DNA of 41,402 nucleotides from a virus: positions 1 through 41,402 of the IMG/VR virus record IMGVR_UViG_3300002037_000001; one strand, written 5' to 3'. The translations under genes and the position numbers were made by a program. The notes under the pieces were generated by a model, which did no database searches, was not told the DNA's origin, and saw nothing but the letters and a program-made list of their open reading frames with translations. Shown here one piece after another: positions 9,037-18,613 of this stretch (position 1 is the stretch's first letter; every line of letters starts with the position of its first letter).

Positions 9037-11204
9037 GTGAAAGAACAGACAACATTCGATACTATTTAAACTCTACCAAAATAGGGAAAGTGCTTATCGA
9101 AGAGATAAAGGATTTCTCCTCTATAGACGGAGATAAATCTAGTCTTGATGATTTCGGCCACTTTAAGACTAGCAAAGTGGGAAAATCTGTTTTCTACCAG
9201 ATAGGGCATGAGTATCTATTGGAAGCCATTATCGCGCACGGACCTGAACTAGAAGTTAAACTCATAACAGAAGTAAAGGACGACACCTCAATGACGGAAG
9301 ACTGGAAGGTGGTTTCCGACCCAAGCATAGATTTATACTCTTTAGAATTTAACGAAGAGAACGACACAAAATCAGTAAGCTGTAAGATGATTCACGGAGG
9401 AGACTTGAAAAAAATTGAGGCCTCTTTCGACGACGAGTACGACACTGTCGGTGAAGATGCGCCCGCTCTTGATTTCGTCACTTTAAAAATAGCTCCAAGG
9501 GCAATCCCTAAAACTTCCAGATTTATAGGACATGAGGCGAATGCAGGGGAAGTGAATTTTGCAGACGACGATGCAGGCTCTACAGCAAGAGCAGTTCTTT
9601 TGGAGTTAGATAGGACGGAAGAGTCTCAATTCATAGGCGAGGTGTCAAATTCACTGGCCAACTCCCGCAACGACTGGTACGCTAGTCTGGACTCCGCAGG
9701 TAACACGATGATAACTAACGCCCCATTTGAGAAAGAGTATACTATTTCAGGCATTATAGATATAATAGTGACCGAAGCCAGAGGAGGGGGAGATTTTAGG
9801 ATGGATTTAGTCAGATACATAAATGGGGAGAGTAGAAATTTTGGAGAGGTAATTCGTCCTTTAGGAACATTAAATCCTGGGTCAGGAGGGGCTAGATTGA
9901 ACCATGATTTTGAAGATTTTAAGTTTACGGTGTATGAGGGGGATTCTATAGGGATTATGACTCTTTCAGATACTTCAGGAAGGCGAAGCCGTAAATACAA
10001 AGCGACGACACTAACAGACTTCACACTGTCTACCGAAACACCTTTCCCCTCCACAAAAACAAAAGCGGTAAAACCTTTCGATATGTTTCGTCACATGGCG
10101 AGAATGATAACAGAAGACCACGAATATAATTTAGTTTCTTCTGTTTTCGGGGAAGGCGCCCGACACGAAAATAAGTTATTAGTTCACGGTACTTGGCTCC
10201 GAAATATGCCCGAAATACTAAACGAGGGGGACGACGACGAGAGACGAGTACAGGCGAATCTTACTTTAGAAGACCTCTATGAGGGGTACTCTATTTTAGA
10301 GCCGCTAAGATATGATGTTGTGGGAGAAGCGCGCGGGAAAGCTTTCTCTGTAGGGGCTTTCAAAGACATACAACAGAATTTTACAGGAATACGTCTGGGG
10401 GAAACAAGAGAGGGCTTCTTTAAGTTCTTCGACGTATTCAAGAAAAAAAGAACAGTTCTTGGAGATAATTATTTCAGAAAGGTGAGAATAGGGAGTGAAA
10501 CTTCAGGGAGTAATTATGGGGAGGTCAATAATTTATATTCTACTGCAGGCTACACCGAATGGGCTACACCGAACAGAGGAGGGACAGGGGAGTATGTGGT
10601 AGTAACAGACTTCAGAACAGGCGCAGAAGACATAGAATTACAAAGACAATTCCAATACTCTGATAACCCCGACATTGACGGGGAATATGATAACGACTGG
10701 TTTTTAGTAGATGCTGAAATAGACCACGCTTCAGGAGAGTATGTGGTCAAAAAATGGCAAAGATACTATGCAACTGCTCCGAAAGGAGTTTTCTCGGTTG
10801 ACACGAATTTCAATTGGCCTTTTATCCCTATAGAACTACTTAGGGGGCACGGATATAAAGTAAATGTGGGGCTAAAAGCAGTTAATTCCTTATATTTGAC
10901 TAATCCTGCGGGAAATTGCGATACATCTATCACCGTGAACATAGAAGGTCTTGGCGAGATACATGCAAATAAACCATTTGCGATAGTACACCTGGACGCC
11001 CCAAGGATAAAACCTATGTTGGTTGAGTGTGAGTCTCCCTTAAACCAGGAGCTAGTAGACCAATTACGAGGAGAAACCGACGGAGTAGACAACAAATTCG
11101 GCTTAATCGAATTTATGTACGACGGAGAATTGCTTCGCGGAAGAATATTCGAGGCGGATACTTCGAAAGGAAAAGCAAAATTTAAAATAATACAAGCAAC
11201 ATGA
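9033..11204 (+). CDS. tail tip/baseplate structural protein (distal tail protein position)
   Basis: 723-aa ORF coupled by ATGA to the tape measure stop. Siphovirus gene order is the only basis. Confidence 0.6.
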   Translation: MSERTDNIRYYLNSTKIGKVLIEEIKDFSSIDGDKSSLDDFGHFKTSKVGKSVFYQIGHEYLLEAIIAHGPELEVKLITEVKDDTSMTEDWKVVSDPSIDLYSLEFNEENDTKSVSCKMIHGGDLKKIEASFDDEYDTVGEDAPALDFVTLKIAPRAIPKTSRFIGHEANAGEVNFADDDAGSTARAVLLELDRTEESQFIGEVSNSLANSRNDWYASLDSAGNTMITNAPFEKEYTISGIIDIIVTEARGGGDFRMDLVRYINGESRNFGEVIRPLGTLNPGSGGARLNHDFEDFKFTVYEGDSIGIMTLSDTSGRRSRKYKATTLTDFTLSTETPFPSTKTKAVKPFDMFRHMARMITEDHEYNLVSSVFGEGARHENKLLVHGTWLRNMPEILNEGDDDERRVQANLTLEDLYEGYSILEPLRYDVVGEARGKAFSVGAFKDIQQNFTGIRLGETREGFFKFFDVFKKKRTVLGDNYFRKVRIGSETSGSNYGEVNNLYSTAGYTEWATPNRGGTGEYVVVTDFRTGAEDIELQRQFQYSDNPDIDGEYDNDWFLVDAEIDHASGEYVVKKWQRYYATAPKGVFSVDTNFNWPFIPIELLRGHGYKVNVGLKAVNSLYLTNPAGNCDTSITVNIEGLGEIHANKPFAIVHLDAPRIKPMLVECESPLNQELVDQLRGETDGVDNKFGLIEFMYDGELLRGRIFEADTSKGKAKFKIIQAT

Positions 11205-13492
11205 GCAGTTCGGTAACAATACGTTTTGATACAATAGAGAGGGACATAACAGATGCCGAGAGAGCTATAGGTAGTTTCAATAACACCCTTAACTTAGAGC
11301 TATGGGTATCGGGACTGCGATACCAAATGCATTTGGCGGTAGCTGATGTCGCGGAAGAAGGTAAAGTGCGAATAGTCCCCTATAATGGAGACCATGACTT
11401 GACCAACAGCATGCAAGCAGAGGTGTACGCTTTTGCGATAAACAGAGATTATGCGAATAGAGGGTACACTGCGCAACTGAACGCGCCAGGACCGAACATC
11501 GTTGCCACGGCAACTCTTGACGAAGTCACTATCACCGCCCAGATAGGTACTTTCTCTAATGGACTGAGTAGACATTCTTTGATAACGACGGAGTACACGT
11601 ATAATAACGAAGTTCCAAGCCCTGAAAAAACATTTACTTTTGAGGCCACAGGACAGGGAACTTGCGCAACAGAAGAGTATAGGGCTACGGCGGCCACTGG
11701 AGGAGTAGCCCCGTACAGGCTGATACTTAAAAATAATTTTATTCAGCAGTGGGATGGTGTGGAAGACCGCATATTTACTCTGCAGAGGGCAGCCACCTAT
11801 AACGGCGGGCTTTATGATTCAGAAAACACGCTAATTAAAGCGGTAGCTATAAACCCGACAAAAAACATAACGGCGTCCGATTTCAGGGTGCAAACTGTAC
11901 CCGAGATAGGCCACGCAAGCATCACTATTTTAAACGATGCGGTTAAAGCGGGGTCTTACCCATTACAGTACCGACTGGAAACTCCAGACGGGTCGGCCAT
12001 AGATTGGAGAGACGCCAATACTTTTTCAGGCTTGGGGGCAGGAACATACACCCTTAAAGTGCGAGATAAATACCTTTGTGAGGTATCCAAAATAATATCA
12101 ATAGAGGTGCTTTCTTCTTCCTTAGAACGAGGAAACACAGGCTATTTTACGGTATCGGAATATAATTCTTTGTCTTTTTTCAGAGAAGAAAAACACACGG
12201 TTGACAAACGGGGAAATTACACGAACACTCCTTCCTACTGTGAAAGGACAAACATTGCAAAAGCAGGAACTTTCTTTTTCCCTGCAGGAAGAAATATATC
12301 GACTCAATTCAAGTCTTCTTTTCCTTTCCACCGCGTTACCTTGGTTAGGAGAGGACATTTTTCTGAGAGTTTATCTTTTTTCGAGATTCAAAGGAATATC
12401 GGAGTAGATGAGAAAGTAGACTGTGCGGCCTTTCCTTTGTTCAGGGAAACCGTATCTTTTGAAAGGGGACGTGGCGGAAGACCTAGCAGAACGGTAATAA
12501 CTCAGATACCTATAGGGACAGGAGTATATTTTTTAGGAGGAGTACGATACGCTCCCGACTCGACCACTCCGCTAGCTGACCCAGACTCTCCATACAATAA
12601 GAATTTGCCTGGATGGGCTAGGGAGGGCAATTCCGTGAAAATAGACTCTTTAGGGACATTCACTATCGATAAAACAGATTTATACGACGCTGAGCGAGGA
12701 GTTATGTACTTCCAGATTAATGCTAATATTTCAAGTGAACAGAATTTAAAAGCGCAATCCTCCTGGGACCGACACCCTTACAACGTGTTTAGGTTCAATA
12801 CTCCTTCAGACTTAGTTCCTGAAGAAGGGGCTTTTGTTAGGATAGAGCCAGGAATTATGCAAGGAACTAGCTTTCTTGCAGATGTTACGAGAATTCACCG
12901 CTCGGAACCCATAGCTAAATTAGCGGACGTGTCTAGTTACTTAAAGATAAAATGGAGTGCTTTTCGGAACATAGGCGAAATGCTCTTCAGAGACGGCATT
13001 CAGTGTGAGATGTGGGTTAAAGGCAGGATGCGTCCTTTCTCTGATAGTGAGGCCGAATTTAACGACGGAGACGACAGAGCCAGAAGCATTAACCAAAATG
13101 CGTATTTGCGAATGCGAGGCTTTTTCCCCTTAATGTCTGCCAGACACTGGCGGAAATTAGATTTAGTGGGGGCTATAGGAAACAGAGGTACTGTTCTTAT
13201 TGAAGATATGGAGTTGGTCAGAATATCTCCAATGGAACAGGAGGAGCAAGGCTCGTCTAATATGAGTAATATTACTGTCGATTTTGCTTTCGCTACAGAA
13301 GGGACAGCTAACGGACAGGAAGACCCTGTGTATAGCATAGATTCAGGACTCATAGTTTCTGGCGCAGCAAGTACTGGGCGCGGAGAGATTACGGGGTGGG
13401 AAGTTTCAGGAAACAGATTATCTACGCCAGAGGGCGAGTTCATAAAAGTTATGGTCGACGGAGTGGAAACTTACGTGGAGATTCCAGAATAA
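11201..13492 (+). CDS. tail tip/baseplate protein with two SprB-like repeats
   Basis: 763-aa ORF coupled by ATGA to the previous gene. Residues ~144-303 show two repeats with the SprB-repeat pattern (GG.APY ... G.Y ... D ... v.i; second copy FSGLGAGTYTLKVRDKYLCEVSKIISIEV). Confidence 0.6.
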   Translation: MSSSVTIRFDTIERDITDAERAIGSFNNTLNLELWVSGLRYQMHLAVADVAEEGKVRIVPYNGDHDLTNSMQAEVYAFAINRDYANRGYTAQLNAPGPNIVATATLDEVTITAQIGTFSNGLSRHSLITTEYTYNNEVPSPEKTFTFEATGQGTCATEEYRATAATGGVAPYRLILKNNFIQQWDGVEDRIFTLQRAATYNGGLYDSENTLIKAVAINPTKNITASDFRVQTVPEIGHASITILNDAVKAGSYPLQYRLETPDGSAIDWRDANTFSGLGAGTYTLKVRDKYLCEVSKIISIEVLSSSLERGNTGYFTVSEYNSLSFFREEKHTVDKRGNYTNTPSYCERTNIAKAGTFFFPAGRNISTQFKSSFPFHRVTLVRRGHFSESLSFFEIQRNIGVDEKVDCAAFPLFRETVSFERGRGGRPSRTVITQIPIGTGVYFLGGVRYAPDSTTPLADPDSPYNKNLPGWAREGNSVKIDSLGTFTIDKTDLYDAERGVMYFQINANISSEQNLKAQSSWDRHPYNVFRFNTPSDLVPEEGAFVRIEPGIMQGTSFLADVTRIHRSEPIAKLADVSSYLKIKWSAFRNIGEMLFRDGIQCEMWVKGRMRPFSDSEAEFNDGDDRARSINQNAYLRMRGFFPLMSARHWRKLDLVGAIGNRGTVLIEDMELVRISPMEQEEQGSSNMSNITVDFAFATEGTANGQEDPVYSIDSGLIVSGAASTGRGEITGWEVSGNRLSTPEGEFIKVMVDGVETYVEIPE

Positions 13493-13508
13493 TTAAAAAG
13501 TAAAAAAG

Positions 13509-13781
13509 ATGTCAACAATAGAGAATAAGCTAAAGACAGACCTTGCGAGAAAGGTTACTTTTGAAGATATGTCTAATGTGCAGAAAAAAGAAGTTATAGA
13601 CCAGTTATTCCCGAACGGGGTTGCTTTTTGGTATGCAGACCCTAAAGCTTCTCAGGGGGATAAAGTTTTCGGGTGGGGGGACCCCAACATAAACGAAGGA
13701 GGGTTTTTCTTCGGAGAGATAACAGGAAGCCCGTCAGGGGTACCTACGGCCGCAGATTTAGACCTTAGAGTAGAATATTAA
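13509..13781 (+). CDS. hypothetical protein (probably abundant late protein)
   Basis: 90-aa ORF with the same A-rich leader as the capsid and tail genes (aaaaagtaaaaaagATG). Confidence 0.55.
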   Translation: MSTIENKLKTDLARKVTFEDMSNVQKKEVIDQLFPNGVAFWYADPKASQGDKVFGWGDPNINEGGFFFGEITGSPSGVPTAADLDLRVEY

Positions 13782-13792
13782 ATTTAGATATT

Positions 13793-13990
13793 ATGGAAAT
13801 ATTAACGTATTTTGCAGTAATCGTCGCCTGTTTAGGTTTTTTAGCCTGCTTAGTTTTGTGGGTTTGGACGTATTCAGAGATTAAAAAACTAAGAAATCAA
13901 GTAGCTAATATGCGCTACATAAAAGCAGTAAAGAAAGACGGCTCATACGAGCTAACAACAAAAGAAGGTAAAACTATATTCGAATTATGA
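13793..13990 (+). CDS. small single-pass membrane protein
   Basis: 65 aa with an N-terminal hydrophobic helix ILTYFAVIVACLGFLACLVLWVW. Its stop overlaps the next ATG (ATGA at 13987). Confidence 0.5.
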   Translation: MEILTYFAVIVACLGFLACLVLWVWTYSEIKKLRNQVANMRYIKAVKKDGSYELTTKEGKTIFEL

Positions 13991-14967
13991 GAACTAAATT
14001 TTTAATATTTCTATTCCTACTAGTGCAGATGGGGATGGCGCAGGAGGACAGAACAGCTCCAAAATATGACGTAACTAGACCCAACGGTAAAACTACGGCG
14101 CAGATAAACTCTATGACTAGAATGGTTGAGGGTTCAGAGGTTTGGAATACTGACACCAATTCTATGTGGCTGTATAAGAATAGTGCGTGGGCAGATACTA
14201 CTGCCGACCCTATTACTGTTGATACGGCAATTACGGACGGAGGAGCGAACCCAGTTACTGGAGGGACTATTTTTGACGCACTAGCCCTGAAGTTAGACGC
14301 TTCTGCGGGCAGCTTTGTAACAACTAATACAAATCAAACAATAACCTCTAATAAGACTTTTAGTGGCACAAGTACAGGGCTTGGGGTTGTTGTTTTTGAC
14401 CCGACATCTAGGAGCATAATTAGTGGAAAACAAGCTTTTTATGTGGATGTGGATGGTAGACTTAATTGGCTTCAAACAGGTTCTGCTTGGGGGGCTAAAT
14501 TTGACCATCTAGGGCTGAACGGGTTGAGAACATATACCTATCCAGACAAAGATGGAACTTTTGCAATGTTATCTGACATTCCTAGTGGAGGAGGTGGTGG
14601 AGGCGGTATATTAACCAATGGAAATCAAACGGGTCTTTTAGGAAATAAAACATGGGAAGGCATCCATACTTTCGGGAACACTTTAGGTTCACAACACAAC
14701 AGACTTGTTAACATATACGGGACGGAAGCACACTTAACAATAAGTAATTTGTTTCAGGAGCAGCTAAGTTGTTTGCAGATGCTGATGGAGATTTTGCTTT
14801 TAATCCTAGTAGTGGAGACACTTCTGACAAGTGGGGATTTACTTTTCAGTCAGATAATACTGAAAGAAGAACTTACACCCTACCTAATAAAGATGGTACG
14901 CTTGCAACTCTTGGTGATATTTCTGGAGGTGGCGGAGGTTTTGCTAATCCTGCGACTGAAGACTTAA
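13987..14967 (+). CDS. tail fibre, N-terminal fragment (in-frame sense ends near 14748; the remainder is out-of-frame read-through)
   Basis: It has fibre-like motifs (NQTITSNKTFSG; RTYTYPDKDGTFAMLSDIPSGGGGGGG). After ...HLTISN the translation becomes Leu-rich nonsense, while the -1 frame continues sensibly into 14769..17066. Confidence 0.65.
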   Translation: MRTKFLIFLFLLVQMGMAQEDRTAPKYDVTRPNGKTTAQINSMTRMVEGSEVWNTDTNSMWLYKNSAWADTTADPITVDTAITDGGANPVTGGTIFDALALKLDASAGSFVTTNTNQTITSNKTFSGTSTGLGVVVFDPTSRSIISGKQAFYVDVDGRLNWLQTGSAWGAKFDHLGLNGLRTYTYPDKDGTFAMLSDIPSGGGGGGGILTNGNQTGLLGNKTWEGIHTFGNTLGSQHNRLVNIYGTEAHLTISNLFQEQLSCLQMLMEILLLILVVETLLTSGDLLFSQIILKEELTPYLIKMVRLQLLVIFLEVAEVLLILRLKT

Positions 14968-17066
14968 ATATGTCTAATTTTCAACTCCTAAATATAGCGG
15001 GAATAACCCCTAACACGGGATTTATAAACAACATAGGGGCTAAAACTACTCCTTTTGCTACTACTTTTGCGAGAACGATGGACTTGCAAAGCGCGAATAC
15101 TTTGCCTGACCTAATACTAAACAATAACGGGGTGGATTGGCATCTAAGTTTTAACTCTTCAAGTAATAGGACGTCTTACGATATAGAATACACCATAAAC
15201 CCTGAAGGAGAACCAAGTAAAGGCACAGACATACTAAACAAGGATTACGCCGACGCAACATATAACGCAATCCCAGATTTTGAAACAAACGACCAAATCC
15301 GGTCCAGGCTTATAAACTCAGTAATTGCTAATAAATTCGAATACCCCACACCTACAGCCACTGTAGTAGTTAATAATTTGGCGGAACTGCAAGCACAAGA
15401 AAACGCAGCAGCAGGAACTGAAGTCCAATTGGCTGCAGGGCTTGTGATTGACATTTCAAGCAGCGTGGTACGGTTAGATTTTAATAATACGGTATATTTA
15501 ACATCCCAAGATAAAAACAACCAAGGCAGCATATTACTAGGTGAGTTAGGAAGCCACATACGCGTGGAGGGAAACGATTGTATGTTTTATGATTTCCAAT
15601 ATAGCGGGACCTGGACACACGCCACCAGACCCATTGACCCTGCACCTGAAACAGTAGGTATAGAAATACGAGGAGATAACTTCACAGCGTACAACCTTAC
15701 GGCTAGTGGGTTCTCTTATGCTTGTTTGAATTTCAAAAATTCGTTGGACTCGCACGTAGAGGAGTGCCACTTGTCTGATGTGAGAGCCACAGGACTGGGG
15801 TACTGTATTGTATTGAATGGGGAGTCAACTGTCACAGCGTACAAAAACGAATACCATAATTACAGGCACACAATAGCAAAAGCGAGTGATTGGTCGGGGC
15901 AAGGGTACACCGACTATAAATCGTATGTAGGCAAAGGAGGGGTTATCGCAAGTTATGCCTATGACTCTCATGGAGAGCCTGACACAGGCCACCCTTCAGG
16001 GACGAACGAGTATGCGGGGGCATACATGAACGTAATCGATTGTTATTTTGAACAACACGATGAATTATGTTTTGTGAGTCGAGGGTATCCTAGAAAAGAA
16101 ATGGTACTTTCTGGCAATACTTTTGTGCGGGGGAATAGGGCGCAAACTATAAGACAAACAATTCAAGGGGTAGTGGTAGAGCCAGATGAAGAAAGAAATA
16201 CTTTTGATTTGGGAGACAACTTATACCTAGGTGCTAAGGAAGACCCTAATATTTTATTTGACGATTATGTTTATTATATAGATGACGGGGGTATCTCCAA
16301 GCTAAACATAAAAACAAAAGAGAAAGAGAAAATATCAAGTAACAGAAATGCGGATTATGTTTTTTCTGGGGATTTTGTGTATGCGGGGGAAGTTTTAGCC
16401 ATTAACGGAAGAACTGTTCAGGTTTATACGCAATCTTTCGGGTCTAGGCCTGTCTACTCCTTCACCCTATCCCAAGACATAAAAGGAGTTGTTCCTGGAA
16501 GATTTTTCCAAAATATAAAAGATGAATTGTTAGTGTATACTGAAACTTCGGTTATTCGTGTTAATTTCGACAGTGAAACTCTAACAGAAGAAACGCTATT
16601 ATCTGGGCTAGACATCAAATTTGCCGTTTGCGGGAATTTTAGAAATTCTGGTTTTGAAATGGATGTTATCGTCGTGTCCAACAATGATGACCACAATATT
16701 TATGAAAATGGAGGCAGCGCTTTAGGGGCAGCCGTGTCTTTAGGGAATTATCCAGGTTTTACTTCGGGGTATGTTATGGACTACTACGATAATGGGACGG
16801 ACGACATAACATTATACAATGGTACTTCTAAACAAGGTTATAGGACTCGATTTCTAGCAGGAGTCTACAGAGAAGCCCCAAGCATCAGGTTCACCATAAC
16901 AGGAAACGCTACCGAATTTTTTGTCAAAGAAGTTAACGGAGTTGATAGGCTTTTCAATTATGGGGGAGGGATGCTTAAATCTTTCCTTCAAGGCAGTTCT
17001 GGGTTTAGCGGTTTAACTCTTTTGAATATAGCGTATCTGGGAAATGTAAGTAAAATATCGAAATAG
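14769..17066 (+). CDS. tail fibre / receptor-binding protein, C-terminal part with right-handed beta-helix (depolymerase-like) region
   Basis: The track start is a TTG, and the frame is open from 14748. It repeats the module RTYTLPNKDGTLATLGDISGGGGG seen in the upstream ORF. The central region (GIEIRGDNFTAYNLTASGF...CHLSDVRATGLGYCIVLNGEST) looks like parallel beta-helix coils. The C-terminal third has weak FG-GAP-like repeats. Confidence 0.7.
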   Translation: MFADADGDFAFNPSSGDTSDKWGFTFQSDNTERRTYTLPNKDGTLATLGDISGGGGGFANPATEDLNMSNFQLLNIAGITPNTGFINNIGAKTTPFATTFARTMDLQSANTLPDLILNNNGVDWHLSFNSSSNRTSYDIEYTINPEGEPSKGTDILNKDYADATYNAIPDFETNDQIRSRLINSVIANKFEYPTPTATVVVNNLAELQAQENAAAGTEVQLAAGLVIDISSSVVRLDFNNTVYLTSQDKNNQGSILLGELGSHIRVEGNDCMFYDFQYSGTWTHATRPIDPAPETVGIEIRGDNFTAYNLTASGFSYACLNFKNSLDSHVEECHLSDVRATGLGYCIVLNGESTVTAYKNEYHNYRHTIAKASDWSGQGYTDYKSYVGKGGVIASYAYDSHGEPDTGHPSGTNEYAGAYMNVIDCYFEQHDELCFVSRGYPRKEMVLSGNTFVRGNRAQTIRQTIQGVVVEPDEERNTFDLGDNLYLGAKEDPNILFDDYVYYIDDGGISKLNIKTKEKEKISSNRNADYVFSGDFVYAGEVLAINGRTVQVYTQSFGSRPVYSFTLSQDIKGVVPGRFFQNIKDELLVYTETSVIRVNFDSETLTEETLLSGLDIKFAVCGNFRNSGFEMDVIVVSNNDDHNIYENGGSALGAAVSLGNYPGFTSGYVMDYYDNGTDDITLYNGTSKQGYRTRFLAGVYREAPSIRFTITGNATEFFVKEVNGVDRLFNYGGGMLKSFLQGSSGFSGLTLLNIAYLGNVSKISK

Positions 17067-17121
17067 CACGGATTTAATAAGACAATTGAAAAATAAACAG
17101 TAACTTTAAAATCAAAAACTT

Positions 17122-17535
17122 ATGGAGAATATAGAGCTAAGTCCTTGGGGCTTATGGAGTGGGGCGATTGGGTGGACGTTAGTCGGCATACTTTTCGTTA
17201 AAATGATTATATACCCATACAAGAAAAAATTTAAACTTGGTATCTGGTTGGGAGAAAACACAGTGGATGTAATCAGAGGGGTACTATTAACTTTGATAAC
17301 TGTAAAATTAGGCGATATTGTTGTCCAAATTTTAAGCCTAACAGGTCTGAATATTGGGGGCGTTACTGATTTAATAAAAGATGCAGGATTAGACCCTGTG
17401 CAGCTTTCTCTAGTCATAGCCATGGTCTTTCAGTTTCGACTACATAAACGCCGAAAAGACAAGGAGGCTGACGAAATTTTAAGAGAAGTTTCGGGAGTAG
17501 GAGGCCAGAATCCAGTTAGAAGCGAAAGAGATTGA
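17122..17535 (+). CDS. holin candidate (3 predicted TM segments, charged C-terminus)
   Basis: 137 aa with hydrophobic stretches GAIGWTLVGILFVKMII, VLLTLITVKLGDIVVQILSL and VQLSLVIAMVFQF, then HKRRKDKEADE. It is the first gene of the lysis cluster upstream of the endolysin. Confidence 0.5.
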   Translation: MENIELSPWGLWSGAIGWTLVGILFVKMIIYPYKKKFKLGIWLGENTVDVIRGVLLTLITVKLGDIVVQILSLTGLNIGGVTDLIKDAGLDPVQLSLVIAMVFQFRLHKRRKDKEADEILREVSGVGGQNPVRSERD

Positions 17536-17912
17536 GACCGAAGAATAAAATATTATTAAAAAACGGACTGCTTCTGTCAACTTTTTTGGTGAGTCAGCTC
17601 CATACCATCTTTGCAGGTACTCCCTTAAAAGTGGATTGGTTTCTATTGGTAGACAGGACTATCTGGATGGACATAACTATCATGTATTACGGTATTGCTG
17701 TTGATTTTTTAATAATGGCATATTGCCTACATTTCCCTGTTGGAGTGGACAGGCGAGTGTCTAAATTTATATTAATCATAACTTTTTTAGATTTACTGCA
17801 TTTAATCACTGTAGCTAAACATGATTTCGGGGTGAGTAAAATAGGTATTGCGATTTTAATTTATATAATTTCAAGTGTTAACTATAATATTTTTAAAAAT
17901 GGGGAAGATTAA
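17532..17912 (+). CDS. multi-pass membrane protein (lysis cassette)
   Basis: 126 aa with about 4 hydrophobic helices, coupled to the previous gene by an overlapping stop/start. Confidence 0.5.
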   Translation: MRPKNKILLKNGLLLSTFLVSQLHTIFAGTPLKVDWFLLVDRTIWMDITIMYYGIAVDFLIMAYCLHFPVGVDRRVSKFILIITFLDLLHLITVAKHDFGVSKIGIAILIYIISSVNYNIFKNGED

Positions 17913-18156
17913 ATGGGTGTACGACTCACTGAATGGGCTATTTATAAGTATCTGGGGATTAACTATTATAGATTTAATTCCTTTCCTAAAACCCGATATT
18001 TTTTCCAGTTTTGACGGCATTATTAAAACATTTATGGCTTTCGCAGGGCTTGTGTATTTCGTAATAACAATCCCGCATAAGATTAAAATGCAAAAACTAG
18101 CCCGAAAACAAAAACAATTAGAGATTAAAGATTTAGAAAAAGATGTCAATAAGTAA
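17875..18156 (+). CDS. holin/antiholin candidate (2 TM, charged C-terminus); likely start ATG 17899
   Basis: 93 aa with two hydrophobic segments and a Lys/Glu-rich tail (KMQKLARKQKQLEIKDLEKDVNK). It lies immediately upstream of the endolysin and overlaps it. Confidence 0.5.
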   Translation: MLTIIFLKMGKIKWVYDSLNGLFISIWGLTIIDLIPFLKPDIFSSFDGIIKTFMAFAGLVYFVITIPHKIKMQKLARKQKQLEIKDLEKDVNK

Positions 18157-18613
18157 ACATATAAGCTATAAAGAGGCAACACGGTCGAATACTGCAGCGA
18201 GATTCGGGATACGCAATGTCCCAAATAGACAGCAATATACAAACATGCAGTTAGTAGCAAATCATGTTTTTGAGCCTCTTCGAAAGCATTTCGGGGTACC
18301 TATCTACGTTTCTTCTTTTTTCAGGTCTTCCGCATTAAATGCAAAAGTAGGTGGGGCTAAAACAAGCAGCCATACTCGTGGAGAAGCCATCGACCTAGAC
18401 GACGTATTAGGAGGGGTTTCTAATTTAGAGATTTTCGATTGGATTAAGGCTAATTTAGAATTTGACCAACTTATATGGGAGTTCGGAACAGACTACAATC
18501 CCGCTTGGGTGCATGTGTCTTGGAAACTTTCAGGGAACCGAAACCAGGTATTGCGTGCAGAAAAATACACAAACTGGTATGGGAAAAGGAAAACTAAATA
18601 CACAGAATTATGA
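18143..18613 (+). CDS. endolysin, peptidase M15 (VanY / L-alanyl-D-glutamate peptidase type)
   Basis: The N-terminus ISKHISYKEATRS...GIRN and the zinc-ligand motif SSHTRGEAIDLD, plus a later WVHVSW His, match the Peptidase_M15_3 pattern. Confidence 0.85.
   Translation: MSISKHISYKEATRSNTAARFGIRNVPNRQQYTNMQLVANHVFEPLRKHFGVPIYVSSFFRSSALNAKVGGAKTSSHTRGEAIDLDDVLGGVSNLEIFDWIKANLEFDQLIWEFGTDYNPAWVHVSWKLSGNRNQVLRAEKYTNWYGKRKTKYTEL

Noticed and set aside
12201-12407. 68-aa plus-strand ORF, and similar short alternative-frame ORFs (18462..18665, 24864..25160, 37779..37985)
   Set aside because: They are embedded in a different frame of longer, better-supported genes on the same strand, with no independent signal.
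14769-14771. TTG at 14769 as a genuine independent start for the distal tail fibre gene
   Set aside because: The frame is open upstream to 14748 and continues the sense of the upstream ORF. The TTG is simply the first permitted start after a stop.
16900-17066. Type IX secretion C-terminal sorting domain on the fibre protein (prompted by the signal-peptide-like N-terminus)
   Set aside because: The last ~60 residues do not show the conserved pattern of Por-secretion-tail domains as far as I can judge by eye.
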